This document shows, piece by piece, positions 47,941-60,827 of a stretch of 64,000 nt of DNA (positions are counted from its first letter, which is position 1; every line of letters begins with the position of its first letter). The position numbers and the translations under genes were made by a program. This stretch comes from Mobula hypostoma (Eukaryota): positions 2,790,001-2,854,000 of the forward strand of contig NC_086097.1 in assembly GCF_963921235.1 (NCBI RefSeq), in the 5' to 3' direction. The notes below the pieces were generated by a model. That model was given only the letters and a program-made list of their open reading frames with translations. It did no database searches and was not told the origin of the DNA.

Positions 47941-50900
47941 CTCCAACACTTTCCCAACCACTGAGGTTAGACTAACTGGCATATAGTTTCCTTTCTTTTG
48001 CCTTCTTCCCTTCTTAAAGAGTGGAGTGACCTTTGCAATTTTCCAGTCCTCCAGGACTATGCCAGAGTCAAGTGATTCTTGAAAGATCATAACCAATGCA
48101 TCTGTTATCTTTTCAGCAACCTCTTTGAGAACTCAGGGATGTAGTCCATCTGGTCCAAGTGACTTATTCACCTTATGCCCTTTGAATTTGCCTTGAAATT
48201 TTACCTTTGTAATTATAATGACACTCACTCCTGCTTCCTGATACTCATGGACCTTTGGCACACACAGCGAAGACTGTTGCAAAGTACTTGTCAAGATCAT
48301 CCGCCATTTCTTTGTTCCCCATCACTATCTCATCAGCATAATTTTCCAGTGGTCCAATAACAACTCTCACCTTCCTTTCACTCCTTACATAACTGAAAAA
48401 TCTTTTATTATCCTGCTTTATATTATTGACTAGTTTGCCCTCATTTTTCACCTTTTCCCTTCTTATAGCTTTTCTAGTTGCCTTGCATTGGATTTTAAAA
48501 GCTTCCCAATCATCCAACTTCCCTCTCACTTTTGTGACCTTATATGCCCTCTCCTCAGTTTTTATGCAGTGCTTAACTTCCCTTGTTAGTCATGGATTCC
48601 TACTCCTGCCATTTGAGAACTATTTCCTCTGTGGGACATATCTATCCTGCAATCTGTGAACTATTCCGCAAAACTTCAGCCATCTCTGCTCTGCTGTCAT
48701 CCCTGCCAGTATCCTCCTCCAATCCACCTGGGCAAGCTCCTCTCTCAAGCCTCTGTAATTCCCTTTATCCCATTGTGATACTGATACATCTGACTTATGC
48801 TTCTCCCTCTCAAATTGCAGTATGATTCAATCATGTTATGACCACTGTCTCCGAAGGGTTCCTTTACCTTCAGCTTCCTAATAAAATCTGGATTTTTACA
48901 CAACACCCAATCTGTGATGGCCTTTCCCCGTATAGGCTCAAACACAAGCTGCTCTAAACATAGAGCATAGAACATAGAATAGTACAGCACAGTACAGGCC
49001 CTTCGGCCCACAATGTTGTGCCGACCCTCAAACCCTGCCTCCCATATAAGCCCCCACCTTAGATTCCTCCATATACCTGTCTAGTAGTCTCTTAAACTTC
49101 ACTAGTGTATCTGCCTCCACCACTGACATAGGCAGTGCATTCCACGCACCAACCACTCTCTGAGTAAAAAACTTTCCTCTAATATCCCCCCTGAACTTCC
49201 CACCCCTTACCTTAAAGCCATGTCCTCTTGTATTGAGCAGTGGTGTCTTGGGGAAGAGGCGCTGACTATACTCTATCTATTCCTCTTATTATCTTGTACA
49301 CCTCTATCATGTCTCCTCTCATCCTCCTTCTCTCCAAAGAGTAAAGCCCTAGTTCCCTTAATCTCTGATCATAATGCATACTTTCTAAACCAGGCAGCAT
49401 CCTGGTAAATCTCCTCTGTACCCTTTTCAATGCTTCCACATCCTTCCTATAGTGAGGTGACCAGAACTGGACACAATACTCCAAGTGTGGCCTAACCAGA
49501 GTTTTATAGAGCTGCATCATTACAACTTAAACTCTATCCCTCGACTTATGAAAGCTAACACCCCATAAGCTTTCTTAACTACCCTATCCACCTGTGAGGC
49601 AACTTTCAGGGATCTGTGGACATGTACCCCGAGATCCCTCTGCTCCTCCACACGACCAAGTATCCGGCTATTTACTTTGTACTCTGCCTTGGAGTTTGTC
49701 CTTCCAAAGTGTACCATCTCACACTTCTCCAGGTTGAACTCTGTCTGCCACTTCTCAGCCCACTCCTGCATCCTATGAATGTCTCTCTGCAATCTTTGAC
49801 AATCCTCTGCACTATCTACAACACCACCAACCTTTGTGTCATCTGCAAACTTGCCAACCCGCCCTTCTAACCCCACATCCAGGTCGTTAATAAAAATCAC
49901 GCAAAGTAGAGGTCCCAGAACAGATCCTTGTGGGACACCACTAGTCACAATCCTCCAGTCTGAATGTACTCCCTCCACCACCACCCTCTGCCTTCTGCAG
50001 GCAAGCCAATTCTGAATCCACCTGCTCAAACTTCCCTGGATCCCATGCCTTCTAACTTTCTGAATAAGCCTACCATGTGGAACCTTGTCAAATGCCTTAC
50101 TAAAATCCATATAGATCACATCCACTGCACTACCCTCATCTATATGCCTGGTCACCTCCTCAAAGAACTCTATCAGGCTTGTTAGACACGATCTGCCCTT
50201 CACAAAGCCATGCTGACTGTCCCTGATCAGACCATGATTCTCTAAATGCCTATAGATCCTATCTCTAAGAATCTTTTCCAACAGCTTTCCCACCACAGAC
50301 GTAAGGCTCACTGGTCTATAATTACCCGGACTATCCCCACTACCTTTTTTGAACAAGGGAACAACATTCGCCTCCCTCCAATCCTCCGGTACCATTCCCG
50401 TGGACAATGAGGACATAAAGATCCTAGCCAGAGGCTCAGCAATCTCTTCTCTCGCCTCGTGGAGCAGCCTGGGGAATATTCTGTCAGGCCCCGGGAACTT
50501 ATCTGTCCTAATGTATTTTAACAACTCCAACACCTCCTCCCCCTTAATATGAGCATGCTTCAGAACATCAACCTCACTCATATTGTCCTCACTATCATCA
50601 AGTTCCCTCTCATTGGTGAATACCGAAGAGAAGTATTCATTGAGGACTTCGCTCACTTCCACAGCCTCCAGGCAGATCTTCCCACCTTTATCTCTAATCA
50701 GTCCTACCTTCACTCCTGCCATCCTTTTTTTCTTCACATAATTGAAGAATGCCTTGGGGTTTTCCTTTACCTTACTCGCCAAGGCCTTCTCATGCCCCCT
50801 TCTTGCTCTTCTCAGCCCCTTCTTAAGCTCCTTTCTTGCTTCCCTATATTCCTCAATAGACCCATCTGATCCTTGCTTCCTAAACCTCATGTATGCTGCC

Positions 50901-53170
50901 TTCTTCCTCCTGACTAGATTTTCCACCTCACTTGTCACCCATGGTTCCTTCACCCTACCATTCTTTATCTTCCTCACTGGGACAAATTTATCCCTTACAA
51001 GAGATCTCTAAACATCGACCACATGTCCATAGTACAGTTCCCTGCAAAAACATCATCCCAATTCACACCCGCAAGTTCTAGCCTTATAGCCTCATAATTT
51101 GCCTTTCCCCAATTAGAAATTTTTCTGTCCTCTTTGATTCTATCCTTTTCAATGATAATTATAAAGGCCAGGGAGTGGTGGTCACTGTCCCCCAGATGCT
51201 CACCCACTGAGAGATCTGTGACCTGACCCGGTTCATTACCTAGTACTAGATCTAGTATGGCATTCCCCCTGGTCAGCCTGTCCACATACTGCGACAGGAA
51301 TCCATCTTGGACCCACTTAACAAATTCTGCCCCATCTAAACCCTTGGAACTAATCAGGTGCCAATCAATATTAGGGAAGTTAAAGTCACCCATGATAACA
51401 ACCCTGTTATTTTTGCACCTTTCCAAAATCTGCCTCCCAATCTGCTCCTCTGTATCTCTGCTGCTACCGGGGCGCCTATAGAATACCCCCAGTAGAGTAA
51501 CAGCTCCCTTCCTGTTCCTGACTTCCACCCATATTGACTCAAAAGAGGATCCTGCTACATTACCCACCCTTTCTGTAGCTGTAATAGTATCCCTGACCGG
51601 TAATGCCACCCCTCCTCCCCTTTTTCCACCCTCTCTATCCCTTTTAAAGCACTGAAATCCAGGAATATTGAGAATCCATTCCTGCCGTGGTGCCAGCCAA
51701 GTCTCTGTAATGGCCACTACATCATAATTCCATGTATGTATCCAAGCTCTCAGTTCATCACCTTTGTTCCTGATGATTCTTGCATTGAGGTACACACATT
51801 TCAGCTCTTCTACCTTACTGTCTTTACACCGTTTATTCTGCTTCTCTTTCCTCAAAGCCTCTCTGTATGTTAGATCTGGCTTTACTCCATGCACTTCTTT
51901 CACTGCTCTATTGCTCTGGGTCCCAGCCCCCTCGCAAATTAGTTTAAACCCTCCCGAACCATGCTAGCAAACCTACCTGCAAGGATATTGCTCCCCCTCA
52001 AGTTCAGGTGCAACCCATCCAATCTGTACAGGTCCCACCTTCCCCAGAAGAGATCCCAATGATCTAAAAATCTAAAACCCTGCTCCCTGCACCAACTCCT
52101 CAGCCACGCATTCAACTGCCATCTCTTCTAATTCTTACCATCTCTGTCACATAGCACTGGCAGCAATCCTGAGAACGTCACCCTTGAAGTCCTGTTCTTC
52201 AGCCTTCTGCCTAATTCCCGAAACTCACACTTCAGGATCTCATCCCTCTTCCTGCCTATGTCATTGGTCCCAACATGTATCACGACTTCTGGTTGCTTTC
52301 CCTCTCGTACCAGGATGTCGTGCACCTGGTCAGAGACATCCCGGAACCTGGCACCCGGGAGGCAACAAACCATGCGGGTGTCCTTCTCACGTCCACAAAA
52401 TCTCCTGTCTGCTCCCCTGACTATAGAGTCTCCAATGATGACAGCTCTCCTCTTCTCCGTCCCACCCTTCTGCACCACAGGGTCAGGCTCAGTGCCGGAG
52501 GCCCTGCCACCGTGGCTCACAGCTGGTCGGTCGTCCCGAGCCATCTCATAGGTATTCAACAAATTCCCTCTCTTGAGAACCAACACCACCCTGATTTTCT
52601 CAATCTCCTTGCATATTGCATAATGAAGTCCCTCATTACAATTGTGACATTATCCTTATTACATATCCTTTCCAGCTCCCTTTGCAATCACAATGCCACA
52701 TCTTGGCGACCATTTGGAGGCCTATACATGATTCCTATCATGTTTTTTTTACCCTTGCAGTTTCTTATTCCTCCCACAAAGATTCAACATTCTCTGAACC
52801 TATGTCACATCTTTCTAAAGATGTAATTCCATCTCTTACCAACAGAACCACACTGCCGCCTATGCCTTCCTGCCTGTCCTTTCAATACAAAGTACATCCT
52901 TTGATGTTAAGCTCCCAACAATGACCTTCTTTCAGCCATGACTCAACGATGCCCACTGTCTGCATTTGTACCCAATCACTGGCTTGTCCTTCCTCACATT
53001 CATGTTACATCCATCATCTACTTGTAAACCTGCTGGCTCATCCTCAGCTCTATCGTACTGTTTCCCATCCCCCTGACATATTAGTTTAAACCACACCCAA
53101 CAGCTCTAGCAAACCAGCCTGCAAGGATCGTGGTCCCCCTCGGATTCAAGCCCACCCTGTCCCTTTTGTA
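47940..53170 (-). mobile_element. Older CR1 (47940-48957 and 52545-53170) hosting a younger CR1
   Basis: DWKIAKVTPLFKKG..GNY.PVSLTSVVGK; endonuclease-region sequence continues after 52545. Confidence 0.75.
48958..52540 (-). mobile_element. Young 5'-truncated CR1 with ORF2 nearly intact (a few frameshifts)
   Basis: Consecutive ORFs 50995-51903 (APE endonuclease), 49520-50977 (RT: QHGF, GVPQGSVLGP, FADDTK) and 49266-49520; esterase ORF1 piece at 52128-52540. Confidence 0.92.
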
Positions 53171-53654
53171 CACAAAGGATTATTGAGAATACTTTAGAAT
53201 GTCCTTACTCCATATTTATATATTTACTTTGAAATCACAGTAAGACAATAGAGAAGGCAGTTAGATGTCAATATTCTCCACTGTCTAGGAGGAATAGTAC
53301 ATTGCAGATAATTTATATTCAAAATGTCCGGGGAACTCAGCAGTCCTGCCAAAGGAGCTCAGCTTGAAATGTCGACTGGACTTTTTTCCATTGATGCTGC
53401 CTGGCCTGCTGAGTTCCCTCAGAATTTTGTGTGTGTTGCTTGGATATCCAGCATCTGCAGATTTTCTGTTGTTTGAGATCTTTTATATCACTCATTTTTC
53501 AATGTTATGTGTTGCAGACTTGCTATGTAAAACCAGCTTTGTAATCATACTTTCCTTTCTAAAAAAATAGAACAGTCATCACCACAAATAAGTTTAATTA
53601 ATTTCAGGATAGAATTAGTTAACTGAATTAATTCCATTGAATGGAATAGCCTAT

Positions 53655-54135
53655 GAAACCGCGGATTTGGCCCAGTCCATCACGAGTACAGCCCTCCCCA
53701 TCATTGAGCGCATCTCCAGGAAGCATTGTCGGAGGAAAGCAGCATCCATCATCAGGGATCCCCAGTATCCAGGCCATGCTCTCTTCTCTCTGCTGCCAGC
53801 AGGAAGAAGGCAAAGGAGACTCAGGACCCACACCATCAGGTTCAGAAACAGTTATTACCCCTCAACCATCAGGTTCTTAAACCAGAGGGGATAATTTCAC
53901 TCACCCTCACTCACCCTATCACTGAGCTGTTCCCAGAACCTATGGACTCACTTTCAAGGATTCTTCATCTCATGTTCTCAATACTTATTGCTTATTTATT
54001 TATTATTATTATTTTGCTTGTTTGTTTTTGTTTCTTTCTATTTGCTGTGAATACCTGCAAGAAAATCAATCTCAGGATTAAGATGGTGACACAAATGTAC
54101 TTTGAAAATAAATTTATTTTGAATTTACTTTAACT
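53655..54135 (+). mobile_element. Rex1-type 3' fragment
   Basis: KAASIIRDPQYPGHALFSLLP..RFRNSYYPSTIR. Confidence 0.8.
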
Positions 54136-54289
54136 TTGAATGCTGTCCACAAAGTTAGGCACAAGAAATTATTACCAAAGATCTCGATTGTGCTTTGCAT
54201 CTGTCCAGAGCATTTGTTCAATACTCTTTGAAATGAAACTTTTATTGTACAGACTGCTTGTAATGTTTCTGATTATTGTTATTATCGCT

Positions 54290-54600
54290 CTGTCCCCATT
54301 ACCCACTTCCTCTCCTCACTCCTGCCCTCACGACCTGCCCGTCACTTACATCTTCCCACCTCCTTCTCCCTTTTCTGTAGTCCACTGTTCTCTCCGATCA
54401 GATTCCATCTTTTTCAGCCCTTTACCTTTTCCATCGATCACCATCCAGCTTCCCACTTCTGCCCGTCCCATCTTCCCCTCACCTCGATTCACCTATCGGG
54501 TGCCAGTTTGTACTCTCCCCCCCACTCTGTTATTCTACCTTCTGCCTTCTTGCTTTCTAGTCCTGATAAAGGCTCTCAGCCCGAAATGTTGACCATTCGT
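54290..54600 (+). mobile_element. Penelope-derived fragment with a decayed hammerhead motif
   Basis: AGTC CTGATAA AGGCTCTCAGCCC GAAA TGTT at about 54559-54590. Confidence 0.55.
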
Positions 54601-54985
54601 TTCTCCCGATCAGTGCTGTGTGGCACGCGGTCTTCCCTCACTGCGGCTCCACTGCAGTGGGCAGAGTCTTTACACCAGGTCGTTAAATCTACCTCACACA
54701 TCACCGGCATCAATGGGGAAAGATGCCAAAAAAAAAGTACAGTAACATCATGAACGACCCCAGCCACTCTGCTCATGGACTGTTTGTCCCACTCCCATCA
54801 GGGAGGAGGCGACGTAGCATCCACACCAGAACCACCAGACTCAAAACATTTACTTTCCCCGGTACTAAGGCTGATCAACACCTCCACCCACCACTACTTT
54901 ATCATTTCCTGTTACTCACCTTATATACAGACACTCCTATGCCTAGTGTCACTTCCTGGACAAAGAAAAAATCAATCTATAGTTA

Positions 54986-55842
54986 CACTGGCATGCAAAA
55001 GTTTGGGCACCCCTGGTCAAAATTTCTGTTACTGTGAATAGCAAAACGAGTAAAAGATGAACTGATTTCCAAAAGGCATAAAGTTAAAGATGACACATTT
55101 CTTTAATATTTTAAGCAAGAAAACTTTTTTATTTCCATCCTTTACAGTTTCAAAATAACAAAAAATGAAAAGATCATGAAGCAAAAGTTTGGGCACCCTG
55201 CATGGCAGTACTTAGTAACACCCCCTTTGGCAAGTATCACAGCTTGTAAATGCTTTTTGTAGCCAGCTAAGAGGCTTTCAATTCTTGTTTGGGGCATTTT
55301 CATCCATTCTTCCTTGCAAAAGGTTTCTAGTTCTGTGAGATTCTTGGGCTGTCTTGCATGCACTGCTCTTTTGAGGTCTATCCACAGATTCTCGATGATG
55401 TTTAGGTTAGGGGACTGTGAGGGCCATGGCAAAACCTTCAGCTTGTGCCTCTTGAGGTAGTCCATTGTGGATTTTGAGGTGTATTTAGGTTCATTATCCT
55501 GTTGTAGAAGTCATTCTCTTTTCATCTTCAGCTTTTTTACAGATGGTGTGATGTTTACTTTCAGAATTTGCTGGTATTTAATTGAATTCATTCTTCCCTC
55601 TACCAGTAAATGTTTCCTGTGCCACTGGCTGCAACACAAGCCCAAAGCATGATCGATCCACCCCCATGCTTAACATTTGGAGAGAGGTTCTTTTCATGAA
55701 ATTCTGCACCCTTTTTTCTCCAAACATACCTTTGCTCATTGCGGCCAAAAAGTTCTATTCAAAAGGTTCAAAGGAACATCTAAACAAGCCTGATGCATTT
55801 TGGAAACAAGTCCTGTGGACTGATGAAGTTAAAATAGAACTT
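54986..55842 (-). mobile_element. Tc1 DNA transposon fragment (IR/DR-type end plus transposase C-terminal half)
   Basis: TA|CACTGGCATGCAAAAGTTTGGGCACCC with an internal direct repeat at about 55182. WPSQSPNLNIIENLW..GGVTKY; VLWTDE on an inverted piece. Confidence 0.9.
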
Positions 55843-55948
55843 GTTAATGTGATCAGTAAACTCAGGTCCAATGGGTGACCAAAGGACATCAGTAAGCTCA
55901 GGCCAATGGGTGACAAAAGAATATCAGTAAGCTCAGGCCAATGGATGA

Positions 55949-57953
55949 AACCATAGAACCATAGAAACTACAGCACAGAAACAGGCCTTTTGGCCCTTCT
56001 TGGCTGTGCCGAACCATTTTCTGCCTAATCCCACTGACCTGCACACGGACTATATCCCTCCATACACCTCCCATCCATGTATCTGTCCAATTTATTCTTA
56101 AATGTTAATAAAGAACTCGCATTTGCCACCTCATCTGGCAGCTCATTCCATACTCCCACCGCTCTCTGTGTGAAGAAGCCCCCGCTAATGTTCCATTTAA
56201 ACTTTTCCCCCCTCACCCTTAACCCATGTCCTCTGGTTTTGTTCTCCCCTTGCCTCAGTGGAAAAAGCCTGCTTGCATTCATTCTATCTATACCCATCAT
56301 AATTTTATATACCTCTATCAAATCTCCCCTCATTCTTCTACGCTCCAGGGAATAAAGTCCTAACCTATTCAACCTTTCTTTGTAACTGAGTTTCTCAAGT
56401 CCCGGCAACATCCTTGTAAACCTTCTCTGCACTCTTTCAACCTTATTTATATCCTTCCTGTAATTTGGTGACCAAAACTGAACACAATACTCCAGATTCG
56501 GCCTTACCAATGCCTTATACAACCTCATCATAACATTCCAGCTCTTATACTCAATACTTTGATTAATAAAGGCCAATGTACCAAAAGCTCTCTTTACGAC
56601 CCTATCTACTTGTGACGCCACTTTTAGGGAATTTTGTATCTGTATTCCCAGATCCCTCTGTTCTATTGCACTCCTCAGTGCCTTACCATTAACCCTGTAT
56701 GTTCTACCTTGGTTTGTCCTTCCAACGTGCAATACCTCACACTTGTCTGTATTAAACTCCATCTGCCATTTTTCAGCCCATTTTTCCAGCTGATCCAAGT
56801 CCCTCTGCAGGCTCCGAAAACCTTCCTCACTGTCTATTACACCTCCAATCTTTGTATCATCAGCAAATTTGCTGATCCAGTTTACCACATTATCATCCAG
56901 ATCATTGATATAGATGACAAATAACAATGGACCCAGCACTGATCCCTGTGGCACACCACTAGTCACAGGCCTCCACTCAGAGAAGCAAATCTCTACCACC
57001 ACTCTTTGGCTTCTTCCATTGAGCCAATGTCTAATCTAATTTACCACCTCTCCATGTATACCTAGCGACTGAATTTTCCTAACTAACCTCCCATGCGGGA
57101 CCTTGTCAAAGGCCTTACTGAAATCCATGCAGACAATATCCACTGCCTTCCCTTCATCCACTTTCCTGGTAACCTCCTCGAAAAACTCCAATAGATTGGT
57201 CAAAGATGACCTACCCTGCACAAAGCCATGTTGACTCTCCCTAACAAGTCCCTGTCTATCCAAATGCTTGTAGATTCTGTCTCTTAGTACTCCCTCCAAT
57301 AACTTACCTACTACCGACGTTAAACTCACTGGCCTATAATTTCCCGGATTACTTTTCGATCCTTTTTTAAACAACGGAACAACATGAGCCACTCTCCAAT
57401 CCTCCAGCACCTCACCCGTAGACAGCGACATTTTAAATATTTCTGCCAGGGCCCCCGCAATTTCAACACTAGTCTCCTTCAAGGTCCAAGGGAACACTCT
57501 GTCAGGTCCCGGGGATTTATCCACTTTAATTTTCCTCAAGACAGCAAGCACCTTCTCCTTTTCAAGCTGTACAGTTTCCATGATCTCACTACTTGATTCA
57601 CTCAATTCCAAAGACTTCATGCCAGTTTCTTTTATGTCTTCATTCTTCATGTCTTCTTTTAGCCCTCCTGATTACTTTCTTAAATATTTTCTTGCACTTC
57701 TTACACTCCTCAAGCACCTGATTTACTCTGTTTCCTATACATTTCATACAACTCCCTCTTCTTCTTTATCAGAGTTGCAATATCCCTTGAGAACCAAGGT
57801 TCCTTATTCCTATTCAATTTGCCTTTCATCCTGACAGGAACATACAAACTCTGCACTCTCAAAATTTCCCCTTTGAAGGCTTCCCACCTACCAATCACAT
57901 TTTTGCCAGAGAACAACCTGTCCCAATCCACGCTTTTTAGATCCTTTCTCAAA
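55949..57953 (-). mobile_element. Young 5'-truncated CR1 with TSD GGATGA
   Basis: ORFs 56025-57002 and 57036-57650 carry the RT motifs. GGATGA at 55943-55948 and 57954-57959. Confidence 0.9.
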
Positions 57954-57990
57954 GGATGATCAAAGAACATCAGTAAGCTCAGGCCAATGG

Positions 57991-58026
57991 AGGGGATCCA
58001 GGAGTGCCTCTATTAACTGTTTGAAA

Positions 58027-58079
<53 letters not shown>

Positions 58080-58925
58080 AAGATTAACAGTTGGACTGTC
58101 ACTTTAAGGCATTGGAAGTAATGTTGGATTTCTACTGAGCTGGGTTTGGAGACAGCACCCAGCAGCTCGAAAGTTGCTATGGTGACCAAAGGCAGACTGT
58201 TGATGTTACTTCCAAGGACTTGTTGCCTGCTTGTGCACTCCTTTACAGACAAAGGAAGGAGGGACTCTTTGAATGACGGGTGATGCTCAGCCTGGTGAAA
58301 TAAATGGGAGGTCAAATGATACAGACCTCAGACACATGATCTGGACACTGAATGAGCATTGTTGTGCCCGCAGAGAAAGTGGGTTTTTGGAGGATCGATC
58401 AGGCGGATCAATTCCAAATTGCTATTCCAGTGAAGGAGAAGGGGTTGACTGGTGGGGAGTTGTCTATGTGTCCGCCCTTGCCAGGGTGATAGCTCCACCA
58501 CAGGAAAACCGGTCCCCCTGGTTAAAGTCACAGTCGGTGACTTGTAAAGGATTTCGGAGGATGACGAGAAGATCGACGGTATCAGCTCACCTGAAGACTC
58601 AACTCTCTCTCTCTCTCTCTCTCACTCTCTCCATCACTACTCAACTCAATACCACGAACTGAATTGAGCTGAACTTTACTCAACATCGTAAGACTGTATC
58701 TTTTTACCCCTAGACTTAACGAAGCTTGGTTTTCATACATACATTTCCACACTTACTGATTTACGTATATATATATATATTCATTGCTAACCTGTGTGAT
58801 TTATTTACTTTGATATTACTGTATTGCGTAGTTACTAATAAATATTAGTAGTTTATAGCAATATGAGACTCCAATGTGGTTTCTATTTCTGTTGGTTCTT
58901 TATCCCCGTCACGGGGTCTGTGACA
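57991..58925 (+). mobile_element. LTR lacking its 5' end, containing (GA)n and (CT)n tracts
   Basis: AATAAA at 58837-58842; ends CCCCGTCACGGGGTCTGTGACA; the array unit resumes directly afterwards. Confidence 0.65.
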
Positions 58926-58963
58926 GACCAAAGAACATCAGTAAGCTCAGGCCAATGGGTGAC

Positions 58964-59754
58964 TGTTACAAAAACTGTGGGTCAACTGTCTAGGAAAAAT
59001 AACAAGATGGCTTGAGTCACAAAAATAGATTGAGGTGCTTTTATTTACCAAAATAGTGGAAAAACAAAAACTTGAACGTCTACATCAAAACGAGAAAAAA
59101 GATAAACATTATATATACAGCTTGCAGTTGTAACCTGTCTAGTTAACAGCCACCCTCAGACTAAACAAAAAAAAACAAAGCCTTGGTCACCCGAGGTTTA
59201 TAACTGCTAAGCCCCTCCCCCTAGACCAACCAAAAGCTAATTAACTCAATTATCTTCCATTTCATACAATCTGAAACTCTACTGCCAGTTCTCACAATAA
59301 ACACATATACCTCATTATAGGATTCACCATTTCCCGGTTAAATAACTTAAATAAACCCCAAAACTTTACCACAAGATGAGTAATTAGGTAACATATCCCT
59401 TGACCCAGTTAAAGACGGTATCCTCCACCACCAGCACAGCTGTGCAGGTTGCCGCTGCCTCTGTGCAGCAGCTCTGTTTCAGACCTGGTGACTGTGGAGG
59501 AGAGAAACATCAGATTATCATGACACTTCGGCAAAACACTTATTGGAAAGATGAATATGAATAAATTGACCTGAGATAATTAAACTCAGACATATTGTGT
59601 TTCTTTTTTTCATACCTATTACTGCTGGGGATGAGTGTAAAATTGTGACTGTTGATTTATTATGATACGTGCGCTCACCACAATAACAGAGGGGAATAGT
59701 GTTTTACTGAGTGTGCCATGTGCCGTCCGTAATCAGTGATGGGCCTTCGTCACA
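58964..59754 (-). mobile_element. Solo LTR (791 bp) with 5-bp TSD GTGAC
   Basis: TGT...ACA termini; GTGAC at 58959-58963 and 59755-59759; minus-strand AATAAA at about 59040-59045. Confidence 0.85.
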
Positions 59755-59789
59755 GTGACCAAAGAACATAGTAAGCTCAGGCCTGATGG

Positions 59790-60360
59790 GCAAGCAGGAT
59801 GGTGAGGCCCTCAGTTTGTTTTGGTCAACCAAGGATGTTGCATCCTATCTGTCTATGGGATACGCAAGCCAGGGCTGTACGATATGGAGAGCAAGCTGTT
59901 GCCCATACAGTAGGCTGCCCCTCTCCATGCAGCTGATCAGTCCAATGGAGCGGCAGAGACCGATGCAGTTTGGCACCAGTGGCATCTCAGGAGTTGCCAT
60001 TCTGCGTTGAACTCAACATAGCTCTGCCTTTGAGACTCCAGCTCAGGATTTTTTCCTCGGGGTTTATTCCTGAGGCCTTCCCCATGAGTGGATATAGCTA
60101 CAAGGCTGTGGAGGTTTGAGATCAGAGATTTTCTTCTCCCAGATGAGTTGCCAACCAAGGCTAATGAGCACCATCTGCTTGAAGTGGCTGGTTTTGAGGT
60201 GCCAGTAATACATCTTTGCCCCTTCTCCTCTCAGTCGAACCGGTTCTACCGGGTGTAATAGTTAAGCTGCACATGAAGGCCGGGACCTGGACTTGGTTGG
60301 CAGAGGTTATTTGTGTTGCACGCCATTGGGAGCATTTAATAGATGGTGGGAGTTTATTCC
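59790..60360 (-). mobile_element. RTE-type 5' UTR fragment
   Basis: GC-rich non-coding block resembling RTE 5' regions (inference only). Confidence 0.45.
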
Positions 60361-60827
60361 CCCCCCCCCACCCCACGTCAGCTATGGCAACCTTAAGGAA
60401 CTTGAACAGGATGGTAGGAGTTAGGAAACTTTTGGATGGCCTTGGATTTATGGAGGTCAAATGCAGGAGGCCGATCAAGAGTGTGCCAGAATATTCAGGT
60501 TGAGTACAGTTTCGAGGTACTCAGTGAAAATCTATGGTTTTATTTCCATAGAAACTGAAGGTCATTTATAGCACATTATACGAAACAACAGATGCCAGTG
60601 CCTGCTTGCTGTCATTTTACAACAGTAATGAGATCAAATGAAACCCAAGATTAGATAATGGACTTTAACTCACTCTGAACTGTGAGTTATTCAGTGTTTG
60701 AAAGCACAAACATATGGAACTTATTTGTTCAGTTCTGTTCTGCATTTAATTACATATCTATTTCCATTTCCTCATTGAGTCATATCATATTTAATATTTG
60801 TTGATATTTAACAACTGATCTTAATAA

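Larger units (their letters stand above)
55853..59783. repeat. 35-bp tandem array (6 units) interrupted by three retroelements
   Basis: TCAGTAAGCTCAGGCCAATGGGTGACCAAAGAACA units start at 55853, 55889, 55924, 57970, 58938 and 59769. Confidence 0.9.

Noticed and set aside
48958..52540. Active autonomous CR1
   Set aside because: It is 5'-truncated and ORF2 is broken by frameshifts near 50990, 49520 and 49266.
59400..59510. Strong minus-strand splice acceptor (TTTCTCTCCTCCACAG) suggesting a host exon
   Set aside because: It lies inside a TSD-bounded solo LTR, and no recognisable protein follows.
55853..59783. CRISPR array (35-bp repeats with intervening sequence)
   Set aside because: Eukaryotic context, no cas genes, adjacent units have no spacers, and the inserts are kb-sized TEs that split the units.
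60200..60330. HDV-like ribozyme in the RTE-type 5' UTR (minus strand)
   Set aside because: Some P2/P3-like pairings are suggestive, but no P1 or P1.1 could be fitted in this degenerate copy. It needs a descriptor search on the family consensus.
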